NCBI GenBank assembly: GCA_028534125.1
Contig: CM052818.1
Coordinates: forward strand, 17,238,001 to 17,302,000
Origin: Lama glama
Lineage: Eukaryota
Direction: 5' to 3'
DNA: 64,000 nt
In this document: piece after piece, positions 48,189 to 60,376 of the stretch
Layout of the letters: each line of letters opens with the position of its first letter
Numbering within the stretch: the stretch's first letter is position 1
Notes under the pieces: generated by a model
Told to the model about the DNA's origin: nothing
Databases searched by the model: none
The model's input: only the letters and a program-made list of their open reading frames with translations
Position numbers and translations under genes: made by a program

Positions 48189-48441
48189 TCATTTTTTATT
48201 GAAGAATAATTTATTTACAACATTGTGTTAGTTTCAGGTATATAGCAAAGTGATTCAGTTATATATATTTTTTTCAGGCTATTTTCCATTATAGGTTATG
48301 ACAAGATACTGAATATAATTCCCTGTGCTATACAGCCAGTCAGTCCTTGTTGCTTATCTGTTTTATATGTAGTAGTGTGTATCTGATAATCCCATACTTC
48401 TAGTTTATCCCCTGCCCCCTTCCCCTTTGGGTAACCATGAG
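48189..48441 (-). mobile_element. 5'-truncated L1 with a 14-bp target-site duplication
   Basis: TTTTTTATTGAAGAATAATTTATTTACAACATTGTGTTAGTTTCAGGTATATAGCAAAGTGATTCAG...; TAGTACTGATTTAT at 48175-48188 and 48442-48455. Confidence 0.92.
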
Positions 48442-49639
48442 TAGTACTGATTTATAATATTTAATATTTAGATACCTTTTTTACCTTATTGCAATCTAGC
48501 TCATCTTCTTGCGACTTGACATTTCCATTTCTCATGCATGATCCTGTCACATAGCAATTTTTTAGAGGCAGTACTGGCAAAAAACTAGTAGAGTGAAATG
48601 TGTCCTGTTTTAGTATTCTGTAAATAATCTAAACTCAGACAACCCTCTATTTAGTGGGTAATGATAATGGGTATGGTTGTGGGAATTGGAAAGAGAGTAA
48701 AGAAATCATATTAAAAGCTTACCTAAGGAGGTATTTGCCCTTTAATTTTTCTTTACGATATTTTGATTGCTTTTGGTATTATGAAATGGTCTTGGCTTGA
48801 TAATTTATCACTAGTTATTGTATAAATAATACGTGTGATCACATCATTTCAGAAATGCGTGATTGGCTCTGTCAGTGATGAAGAGATCATAATTCAGGAA
48901 AGAGACACCTCGATGATTACCATGGATGGCAACTGTTTGATAAATTGATAACCAGATTTCATAATCTGCCTCATTAAGTAGCACAAAAATTAATCTGCAG
49001 AGCTGTTTACAAGTGAGAAGTCAATTGCTCATAAGATTTTTTTAAATTAGCAAAAATACGTATTATTAAATGAGACAGTCCCCTTGTATAACCCTCTCTG
49101 AATTGTACAGAGACCACATATAAACAGAGAAAAGGAAGGGCATAATCGAGGAAATTACTTGCAATTGTTTCTCATACCTCCCTAAGCCATTTGTTGCTGC
49201 CTGACCGTCTTAAGTCTCATTCTTCTGTGTAAATTAGAAGCTTAGTAACCAGCAGAGAGTTTCAGATCTGGGATTAAGACTCATTGATCCATTTGGTAAA
49301 AGCCAGCCTGTCTATTGAGTACATTGGAAGTTAAATAAATTAGGATAAGAGCCATTGCCAGAAAGTTCCATTCTAACAAAAACCAACATTGCCCTTATGT
49401 TTCTAAATTTTTGATGCCATGAATTGGATTTTAAAAAATAAATGATGGAATTACTAATAAGTATATTTAAAGGTGGTTGCTGTTACTATAGTTTAAATTA
49501 AATACAAACTTGAAACAGTAGGATTCTCTTCTCAAGTAAAGTGAAATGTTTTCAAAGCAATATAGTTAGATTTAGCCTTAACTGAACTCACTAAGATGAT
49601 ATTCCTGTCCCAATGAGAGTTTGTTCTATAAGCTCTGGT

Positions 49640-49770
49640 TTTTTTAATTTTATTTTTTTATTGACATGTAGTTGCTTTACAATGTTAGTTTCAGGTGTAC
49701 AGCTAAGTGGTTCAGCTATACATGTACATACAGATATACAAGTATTTTCAGATTCTTTTCCATTATAGTG
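49640..49770 (-). mobile_element. Short L1 3' end
   Basis: TTTTTTATTGACATGTAGTTGCTTTACAATGTTAGTTTCAGGTGTACAGC...CAGATTCTTTTCCATTATAG; degenerate TSD TAAGCTCTGGTTTT / TAAGCTTTGTTTTT. Confidence 0.85.
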
Positions 49771-50904
49771 TAAGCTTTGTTTTTAAGTCTTCCTTCCCAC
49801 TCCATAATAATGCTTAGTCAGTCCAGGGACTTCTGCATTCCAACATTTTGTCTGTCTTATCAATTACTTTTGTTTTTCATTTAACTCTCCCTGCACTTTC
49901 CTTTTGGCACCCCTGTGAACCTCTCTAGTACATCTAAGTCAGTTTTCTCAGTATTGCCTCACCCTGCCCCTGACCCCCAAACCTTTTAATCCTGCTCTTT
50001 AGCAGTCCAAGCTCTACCAGGAGGCCTGAAATTCACCAAAGTTGCTCTGGAAGTTAAAGATGACACATTTCCAAAGACTGGGAAAATCAGCCCAGGGTGT
50101 GTTAGAATAAATGACACCAACCCTGTGCCTCATCAGCTTATTCTTAAAACTCCTGGTCCTCTGGGTAGTTAAATACTTATGGCTTATTAGGGACTCATGT
50201 CACCAACCTTTGTAGTACAGTAAGCACAGCATTGCATTTTTTATTAAATCAGTTTGTGAGCTGAACCAGCCTGTGTAAACCAGTCACTCTCCAGAGGAAG
50301 AAAAAAAATGTTCCTAAATTCACAAAGAGGTCTTCTCCCAAATCTGTTGAATAGATTTTAAGTTAGTAGAAGAATGAACAAAGGAACCTGACTTTTTTAT
50401 TAATGAAATTAAACAAAGAGTAGGAAGAGAGTCTAGGGGGACTTAACCATCCTTATGACAGTTTCTCCTATTTCCTGTGTACCCCACTGTCTGCTGGGTG
50501 AAATCCTTCTAAATAGCCAAACCCATGACTTACTAACTTACAAGGGATTTTTGAGATAAATATGGGAAAACCCATGCTTCTTATCTCTGCCTTGGTTTGG
50601 CCATTTTTAAGGAAAGAATGCATATTCACAACATAATTTGATTATATAGTCTAACACTACCATTGAAGAGCAGAAAAGGCTGTAGATGTCAACTCATTGT
50701 AAAAAGTAGACATTTAATTGACCAACATGATATAAATGATTCTAAAGACGAGTTTGACGTAGCAATCTGGGGTTTTAATTTGTCAATTTAATCTTTTGCA
50801 GAAAAGAAATCAGATACCATAATATCACCAACTATAGTTGGCAATTCAGTCTTTAAACTTCCATTTGAATATGAGGTCCTGCCCTGGGGTTTGGGTTATT
50901 TCAA

Positions 50905-51200
50905 CAACTTTTTCAGCAATATTCATATATTTTCTACTAAGTGCCAGCTGCTCTCCTAAGCACAGGAACACACTGGCAAAGAAGGCAGATAAGTCACCTA
51001 CTTAATGAAATTAAATGTAAAGGAAGGAGCTGGACATTGACAGCAAATTAGCAGTTTATGAGTTTGAAATTGTGGGAGATGCTTTAAAGAAAGTGAAGGG
51101 AATTATAAGGGAACCTGAAACTAGTTAGTGAAGTTAAGGAGGGAATCTCTGAGAAGGTTATATTGAATCTGAAATTTGAATAATAATTGGAAATAGGAGA
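50905..51200 (-). mobile_element. L2 fragment
   Basis: TTCAGCAATATT...CTACTAAGTGCCAGCTGCTCTCCTAAGCAC...GGAGGGAATCTCTGAGAAGGTTATATTGAATCTGAAATTTGAA. Confidence 0.6.
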
Positions 51201-53904
51201 AGAGGGGGAAGAGAAATGATCAATATTATAAATTCATAGCTTTGGGTACAATCAAGAGGTTGACTTAATAGATCAGCAATGTGTTCAGATATTACTGATG
51301 CCAAGAAATCTAACTTTACTGGTTATGTTGATAAATAGTTTGTACTCTGGTGGACCTTGTCACAGAACTTACTTCCCAACTCACTCTAACTGTAACCACA
51401 TAAGCATTACCATGGGACTGAATGGTGTTTGTATTTTATCCATATCTTAAGAATACAGTTAATGAAGAGCCCTGACACCAGGCATATGGCTATTCATACA
51501 TCTTCCTAAATCTGTCTGTATCACCAGGCTCTCTGGCCACTTTGTTCAAAACTTTGATAGTCCTTATTTCTTGCCTTATGACATCAAATAACTGACTTGA
51601 AGAGTGTTTCCCTCATTAAGTTGGTTAGATATTGTGCTGCTTGTAAACATAAAGTTACCATAGTATGTTTTCCTTGTTTAATGCCGTGGCCACATAAGTG
51701 ACCAGACTATCCACAAACTTCCCAAGAGTGACAACCATTCTTTTTTTTTTTTTTTTTTGGCTGTTGTAACTGGGAAGTCTAGTGTAGACTCTTTAGTGAA
51801 TGAGAGGCATTCTATAAATTGAAGAATAATTGAAAGGGATCTCTGTAAATGATAAGGGAAGAATGCCCTCCCATTTCCACACTATCAGGAACACTTTCAA
51901 CAGATATCCTGAATTTCAGTATAACTGAATGGAATTGAAGGAGCATAAAATTTTAATTCCAAAGCAATGGCACTCCTCAGAGAATGCCCTTCTGTCAGAA
52001 GCCAGATTTCAGAGTTGCTGCCAATTCCCTGATGGGGAGCGTTTCTGGAAGATGTTTTCACTGTCAGGATACAGGAAGATGAAACCCTGATTTGTATATA
52101 GGGCAACAAAGATAAAGTACAGCATTTGGATGTGTTCCAAGTGGCAGTGACTGAGCCAATGTACGCATCCTCCAGGTTCTGAGTGTTGACAGAGCGGAGG
52201 CAGGTCCTCTGGTGAATGATGACCTCTAGAAGGCCATCAGAGAGAGTAAGGTAGGACCATGTTTGACGGTGATTATAAGCAATCACAGATGTAGGTGCAT
52301 TGTATTTAACATATGAGTAGGTTGATACCATGCTATGCATTCTATTCATGATCAGTCTATTTTACTTCACTGTATTATGAATGGTCTAATTGAAAATCAT
52401 GCCCCCCCCAAAAAAAACTGTAGTCTTCCCACCTGTCATGGCTGGTTCTTCTCCAAAAGGTTTTCTCAGCATGAACCTTTAATCTGTAGGGGGCGAAAGC
52501 AGCAAAAGACGGCAAGTGGAAGACAACTATAGACTGCTCTAGTGTTTAGCTCCTTTAAAGTCAATTGAAAATGTTAATTGTGATTAATTCTCTAATCATC
52601 TTTAGGTTTCACTTTTTCAAGACTTGTGCTGCATTACCCAGGCCCCTAGTGGATCTGATATTTATTGTCCATGGCAAGTGTTTTGTAAAATGTTATGAAA
52701 TAAAGGTATTCATTTCTTTATTCAGAGTCTCCTGGGAGTTCATAATGGTGCTGATTGTTTTAAAAGTAATTGAGTGTTTAAAAATATCTTGAAAATTAAC
52801 AGGACCTGTTTTTTTTTGGAAAATGCCATTAAGAGCAATCACAGAGTCCCTGAAGAGAGGCTTCATAAGACCATGCACTTCAGCTGTCAATTATTTCTTC
52901 ATGCTGTTCCTGTAATTTTAGCCTTTAGCACAAGTAACTGAATTGAGCTGAACTTGGCATTCATTTCTCCTACCTTAGCAGAAGTTCTCTATTTAGTTAT
53001 GAGTAAATAGAAAAATGCAAAGATTAAAAAAAATATATATTTTTAAAGGGAAGCATATTCCTATGTTGTTAAGGAGACACAATGAAACTGACTGCTATTC
53101 GGTCTGTTCACCTTCTTTCTAAATGTTAGGGCCTGAGGACACTGGGAATACTACCCCTGTGAGAGAAAAAAAATTCATTTGATACCTATTAATTAGAAAT
53201 GGATTTTCTTTTTTCGTGTAAAATTGTTTTATTATCTCTTATCAAATCACTTTTTTTCTCCTTGAAATCCATTATAATTGTTACAAATGGGATATATGTT
53301 AAAATATATGAGGAATGTCCAGTAGATTGCCTTAGTTCTGAATAAAGGAATCCTTCCCCAGTTCCACACTGTCATTATCACTCCTTACATAAAGCCCATT
53401 GTTTTATTAACAGTACTGGGAAAGCTGTCTCTTAGTGGATAAAAGGATTATTATTTGGAAACCGTGAAGAACCATTGGATGAATCAGAGCCTGTCTGATC
53501 GGACTGGTAACTTGAGGCACCTGTAACTGTCCCCTTTACAAGGAGTCAAGGAATCTTAAGTCTAGAAAGGACTCCAGGCACTTTCTACCAGATCATTGAA
53601 GCTCAGTTTTGTCAACTATAAATTAAAGATCATGGTATCTCTTGTGTGAGGAATAGATGTAATTGTGCATGTAAAGCATTCAGTTCGTGCCCAGCCCCTG
53701 GGAGGCATAACTCTAAGTGGAACCAGATGGAGAAACTAGAGTGCAGCAGGCTAAACACCGTGCTCAAGGCCGTCACTCCATCCGGTGCTTCTCCCGCCTC
53801 GCCCAGTGTTCCTCCTACCACGCTGATGACAGCCCGTGCCTGGGCTCAGGGAATAGGTGCCTGATTCAGCGGGGAACACTCACTGTCCCACTTCCATTGT
53901 GACT

Positions 53905-54400
53905 TGGAATCATAAATCCTTGAAATTACAAGGGCACTATAAGAACCACCTCTTGTCACCATCCAGTACAGGGATGACTCCCTGACAGCTTGTCCCTACT
54001 TTCTGCTTGAATGCCTCAATTTGGGGGCTTTTTTAACTGTTTAATATACTTGCTTATCTTACTCTTATTCATCTGTAGTCTTACCGTGACATTTGCCCTT
54101 TCTTCCTGGGTTTGCTGAAAAGAGAGAGAATAGCTCACTCTCTCTTCTGTAAAACTCATCAATTGAATAAATAAATAAATATGTGTATGCGTCTAATCTA
54201 CGATGATCCATAGCTTTCTTGGCAGCCAAATTTCATCACTGGCTTGCATTGAGATTACGATTAATTAGCACTTCTAAGGTCTTTTTCAACTGTATTACCA
54301 TTAAGCCAAACCTCCAGTACTTTGCATTTACATATTTTATGTTTTAAATCCTAAGTGCAGAAATTTCTAAATTTATCTGTCAAATGATATTTTGCTTACA
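53905..54400 (-). mobile_element. Ancient CR1/L3 LINE fragment
   Basis: TAGCTTTCTTGGCAGCCAAATTTCATCACTGGCTTGCATTGAGATTAC...GTCTTTTTCAACTG...TAAATCCTAAGTGCAG...AATTTATCTGTC resembles the reverse L3/CR1 3' region. Confidence 0.6.
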
Positions 54401-56820
54401 ATAACCAGTTCTGTCTGGTTGGTATTTAAAACTTTTTTTTTAGTGAATTTTGATTATGAAGGATTTTTTAAAATAATATTTTATTAAAGAGCTCATAATT
54501 AAATAGATATTGGGAAGTATTGAAAGATTTTATGCAGAGACCTATCTACAGACAGTATAATTATAGATATATTTTTATGTATCTATATAAAGATACGTAT
54601 GTCTATTTAGATGTAAGTTTAATGATGAAATATAACCACTATTTGTATTTTGATATATTTTACACTACCTTTTCTTAATGCATATTTTGAGAAAATTTTG
54701 TTCCATAATTTTAATATTAAGCAATTTCACTTTTGTCAGGAACTTTCTGAAATTTAATGATTTGAAGATTACTTTTCAATTTAGGGGTCATTTTGTAAAA
54801 TTATGAGGCATGCCTCTTGTTACTTTTATCAAAGCCATTGATAAAATTGTTGAACAGTATGGGAGACAGATGATAATTTTGGTTACTGGAATTCTGGGTG
54901 AGGCAGGGGAAAAAAGGCAGCTCTTGTGCAGTGTGAGAAAGACCTTGGAGAATTTCCTAGAAAGGGAATAAGCTGTGGTAGGAGTCAAAGCAACGGTAAT
55001 GTACAGCTCAGAAAAAGAAATACGCAAATGGCATCTTGCCACTGCTGGTTTACCCACTGACAGTGCTGGTTTGAGGTGTAAGCCACACGCCCGCCAACAT
55101 TCCCGGGCAGCATGAATGCCGGAGTTTCATTAGCTTAATGTAGAAATCACTACGACTTCTGAAATCTGCTGCTTTCAAATGCTTTCTGGCAGTGCTGAAT
55201 TAAGGAAGTCATTTGAGTAAGTTAACTCTGCTGTGGTCTACAGATTATTTGATTTATTAGGCTCTGACATGAGAAGATTTAATGCAGTAGAAGGGAAGTA
55301 AATTGTTAACTGTGTGTAGAACAGCGTGCAGGCTCTCAACTGCCCAAAGCAATGCAAATGTTGCTTTACCCACGCGTGTAGTGATGCAGAGAAGGCAGTG
55401 GACAGCCCTCAACTGAGCTTCAGGGTAAAAACAGACCATTTTTACAACGGGAAAGTTGGGGAAGAATTGAAGATTTTTACCCTCTGTGTTCCTTGGAGGT
55501 GTTTGAATTAAACTTGGACGTGCTTGCTGATCTGTGTGTAAAACAAACAAACAAAAAGCCATATTTACATTTTAAAATGATAGGCGAGTTCTTGGAATGG
55601 TGGAGAGACTGATGATTGAAACTAGATGGTTTCACTAAACAGATGGAGTTTGAGGAATATTATTTCTTTTCAAAGTAAAGGGAGGTGGCTCAAAACACAT
55701 TGATTGGAATGCTGTTCCAGGATTAAGGGACAGCTACGTAGAAATCACCGAGAGCTTGAGTGGGTGAACAATTCTAAGGAGCAGCTGGGATAGACCTGGG
55801 GGAGTCAAAGGAAAAGGCAGACACAGGACGGGATTGTGTGTGGCTCTAAAAGTAATAATAATTTTTTTAAAGATTTTGGACAGAAGAAGACAGTTGTGAA
55901 GGCTGCCGAATTAAAGAAAATGCTATCCAATAAGCAACCAACAATGGAGTTTCCTGGCTGGAGGTGGAGTTGGGGTTTTCTGTGGAAGATGAGTGATCTG
56001 CAGACCAGAAGAATTCAGTAGGAAAGGAGACACCATAAACTTAAATAGGACTCTGAACGATGCGTTTTTGAGAGGACGCATTTTTGGTTTTTTTTAGAGC
56101 CACCATCATTTTACTATGTGCCAATAATATCTACTATATCTACTAGCTAATTTCTTTTTCAAGCTTTATCTCACTTAGAGAAATGCATTTTCTGAGGCAA
56201 AGGCAGAACTCGCCAAGAGGTCATTTCAGACTGACCTGTCCCTTTGGGTGAGGTAAAAAGTTAGACATACAGAGGTTTCCTCCCTCTCCTTTCCCTTCTT
56301 TTCTTCAAAATCTGACAAAAGGCAGTTACCTAGGCAAGCACAGCCTGCAGAAGTGGCTCAAGTTGAATCAGCTTTTACAGCAGAACTCTCAGTGGGGGTG
56401 GACTGACTGCCGTTTCTCAATCAGTTTGTGATACTTTCCTGGTGGAAACTATGTCAGAAGATTTGAGCGACTAGAATCATAGCAACATGAACTACCTGAG
56501 CTAAAAGGATCCTTAAGGGATCTTTCTGCCCAAGAGTTTTAATCTTGCGGTTAAGGAGAGGAGCACCGTGAGAGATCTGTCCAATGTGTAAAATAGATTA
56601 TTTTCAAGGAGTACCAGAACTCATTACCCGTTTTCTTCCATCCCTTAACTCAGTTTTTGTTTGTTTGTTTGTTTTGGTCAGGATTTTCCAAGAGAGGAAA
56701 ATAACATTGTGGAAGGTGTGGCCAATGCTTAAAATCTCATTTGCTTTGGATCTAGAAATAGACCATTTGGATGATAATGGATTCTTTTCTTCAGTGTTAG
56801 CAGCTATTCTCTTTTTTGTT

Positions 56821-56935
<115 letters not shown>

Positions 56936-57163
56936 CTCACCTTGTGCTAGCTGGCAGTGGTGATTCTGAATGGGATTCCAACGGGCAAGTGATACTTGGG
57001 TTCTAAGTGCCTTCCTGACTATTTCCGAGTACAGTTCAACACTGAATGATCAGGCCAGACCACATTCCATGCTGGTTATTTCTTCCCTACTGAAATTCTT
57101 GCAATATTATACTAAGGGGACTTAATTTGGGCTTCAAAGTTTTAGGCAGATCTAAATTTGTAC

Positions 57164-57479
57164 TGTTAAATGGTAAAGTGAGGCATAATACATTTTTTTA
57201 AGGGTTACTTTGAGCAAGAATCTATTTGAATTCAGCAGTGCCAAACCGGAAGTGGTTAGGTGCCAGGGAAAAACGCTTATGTACAGAAGGTGCAGAAGCA
57301 AACAAAAGAAATAATTTGATTGGTTATAGTTTAAAGCTAGTTGACTGTGATCAGCTGTCCTTAGATTTCGATTTCTTAACCTTGAGGCATTTACAGATGC
57401 AGGTTTGGGTTTGCTTAAGTTGACTGCATAGCATTAGAGCCACCTCAGTGTCATGACCTCATTTTTAATTAATTTAGCA
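57164..57479. mobile_element. Probable ERV1-class solo LTR (MER4/MER51-group-like)
   Basis: TG...CA ends (TGTTAAA...TTTAGCA). Internal GTACAGAA...TTTGATTGGTTATAG...CTGTGATCAGCTG resembles MER51-like LTRs; exact family not identified. Confidence 0.6.
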
Positions 57480-59379
57480 TGACTCATTCATTCCACAATG
57501 CGATTGACTGTGAAAGCATCATATAAAAAGGAAAGTGAGTAGTACCTACCCTCCGGTTGCTTATGACCAAGAACATACGTGACGATGGGAACAAGTCTAA
57601 GAAAAAAGCAAGTAAATGCAAATGAGTAAGGAAAATGCTGTGGGGTTAAGTACTGGAAAGATCCTGAGTAAGAGAAAAAGTATAGTGAGCCTAAGGCAAT
57701 TCCAGAAGTCTTCCCAAGGGATGGTTAACTCAGTCTGGCCTTTGGGGTGTAAGCAGTGAAAGCCATGACTTTCCGTTAGAACAAAGATCCAGAGAGGACT
57801 GACTTCCACAGTAAGCTCACCCTCCCACTGCCTAGTCCCTTTCCATTCAAAGCTGGATCAGAATGTTCGTCCATGGGGAGCTGCAGATGGATGCCTACGT
57901 AGCTGATCTTTTCCTTCCATGTTAGACTTTGATGATAAATCACTACCTTGGGAGTAATGATGCCAGTCCAGGAGGAGAAGCTTCCTGGCCACAGGCTATT
58001 TCAGATCTGGCATGCTGCATGCACTTAATAAACATCAAAGAAAAATAAGTGATGAAACCCAGGAGAAAAGAGTCACCCTTCTTCCCCTGTCCTTTTGGAG
58101 AAGGGCTGTCTAGTTTCGGCCTTAACATTTCCCCAGTATCTGCTGGTGTAAATTTCCCCTCTCATTTCCCAGGATAAGTCACAATTAAATCGAATCTATA
58201 AAACTCCTGATATATTTTCAAAGACTGTCGACCATTGACTGTTAGTTTGCTATTTTTCCTTGGTAACCCATTATGATAAGAGAAAAATTAACCTTCTTTC
58301 AAAATTAAAATCATGGTATGTTTTTAAAGATAAATAGATACAATGGGGAAGTAACAGAGATTAATTTAAGAAGAAGATATTGAGTGCCTACTATGTGCCA
58401 GGCTTTGTGTACTAGTGATAAGGGTTCCTGACCTTCACTGAAATATGAGCTATAGGCCTTTTTGATAACCCCCTTCCTAACTAATTCTCTTAATTCTGAT
58501 CAGAGATTGAACCACTCTCTACTCTGCCTATACTGAAAGCCAAGCCAGTCTTCCCAGACATTAGCCTCGAATAAATCCCAACTATTCTCTTTTGTGGGTA
58601 TGAGAATCAACTCCCTATGTTATCTTCCCAGACTCTGCTACTGTATAGAAATACTTAGTTATTCTGGGCCCTGTGGAATCTACTATCCAGAATCTATCTG
58701 AGATCCAATTCTGGTTGATCAGAAGACTAAATAACTTCTCTGCCTTGACTTTAATCGTTTTCTCTGTGATACATAGAATCTTGCACTAGTTCAAAGGCCT
58801 ATCAGAAGTCATTCCTACATCTCTGGCTCCAGACCTTGGAATCCCTCAACCTCTTTCCAGTAAAGCTCCCTCTGATCAACTGGCCTACACTGGAGCATAT
58901 TTGCTAGTTGTTTGGTAAGGCCAAGGAGGCCAGTTATACCATTAGATGAAGCTTGGCTCCTTCCCCTTGCACTTAAAACTAATATCTGGAGCTACTTTCT
59001 CTTGATGGACGTTATTCTCTTGGATGCCATTCTATAATATTCTAGCCCTTCTCCCCAGCCAAAAGCAGATTTTCCTCCTGTTTAAAAGCTTGAGTCGCCT
59101 TTAGACCTCTCACTAAATTCCAATTTCTGCTTGTCAGTTTCCTCGCAAAACTAACAAGACTGGCATGCTCTCAGCCCAGTGAACGATCCCATTCTCTCCC
59201 CAGATACTCTTCAGTAATTCTTCAAGAGTTCCCTCCTCCCTCTTCTCTTGCAACCCACTCCATACATATACCAGCATAGCCGGAAACCACCCAGAGAATG
59301 CCGTCATGATGATCGGATACTACGTAGCTTATAAAGTAACGATAAATTAACAAGTCCGCCAGTGCAAAGAAGACACATT

Positions 59380-59770
59380 TCTTTTACACATGAAACCTTG
59401 TCTTATTCTGTATGTTTTTTTTTATATTCACGTTGTCTCTCTTCAACTTGAACTTTTTGAGGTTAAAAATGTTCCATTAATTCTTTTAACTTTGGATGGG
59501 TACCTGCTACGTCCTAGACAGTTATACTAGGTGCTGGTAATATAGTTAGACTTATCCATGAAGAATTCACTATCCAGTGGGTTAAATAAGATACAAATAA
59601 ATAATCAAAACATAGGTTATTACTGCCCTGATAGAGGAAATACAAGATCTGGTAGTGGTCCCCATGAGAGAGTGATTGATTCTAGCTGTATTCTTTAGAG
59701 GGCCTAATGTCATACCTTATGCTTATTTGGCTTACAAGAAATATTTATTGGTGATGATAATGTGGCATAA
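59380..59770. mobile_element. L2 fragments
   Basis: GGGTACCTGCTACGTCCTAGACAGTTATACTAGGTGCTGG...GAATTCACTATCCAGTGGG. Confidence 0.5.
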
Positions 59771-59879
59771 GTAGACAGTCAGAGAAGAGAGGAGGTAGAA
59801 AATACTCTTAGAATTGAGAGAGACTTCAAGCTTTGTGATGATAAGAATGCTCCTCGGTAATGGGTGGCTTTTATTATTA

Positions 59880-60110
59880 TTATCAGCAATCACTTATAGT
59901 TATAAATTCCTGCTATTTTTATTGAGTGCACATTATATATGGGGCACCGTGCTATGTACTTTGCACAATCTTTACACGGTTCCTAGTGGTTAGGTATTTT
60001 TCCCACTTTATGGATGAGAAAACAGAGACTCGGTCAGACAGTAAACGGCTGAGCCAGAATTATAACCCTCTCTGTCTTTCAAATTTCTCCACTTAACCAC
60101 TGTATATTAT
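59880..60110 (-). mobile_element. MIR SINE
   Basis: TTTATTGAGTGC...GGCACCGTGCTATGTACTTTGCA...TCCCACTTTATGGATGAGAAAACAGAGACTC. Confidence 0.75.
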
Positions 60111-60271
60111 TATCAATCTAAGATTGGAGCTAAATATGTCACAAAGTCCCAAAAAACCACTTATTTGAAAAAACTGTACCAAAGCCTTAGGACTATTTTG
60201 AAAGTCAGGGTAGTCATAATGTGTTATTCAGTATTATCAGCTAACTTGAAATAGAATCTCTTAGAGGGGAA

Positions 60272-60376
60272 AACACACACATATATATAAAATTGGATAC
60301 ATATATATATCCAATATATATCCATATATATATATATACACACATACACACACACACACACATATACATATATACA
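60272..60376. repeat. (TA)n/(CA)n compound microsatellite
   Basis: Read directly. Confidence 0.9.

Noticed and set aside
52483..52496. CTCF-like TCTGTAGGGGGCGA, and similar half-sites near 27131 and 46461
   Set aside because: Only part of the core matches, and one site lies within an L2; too weak to call.
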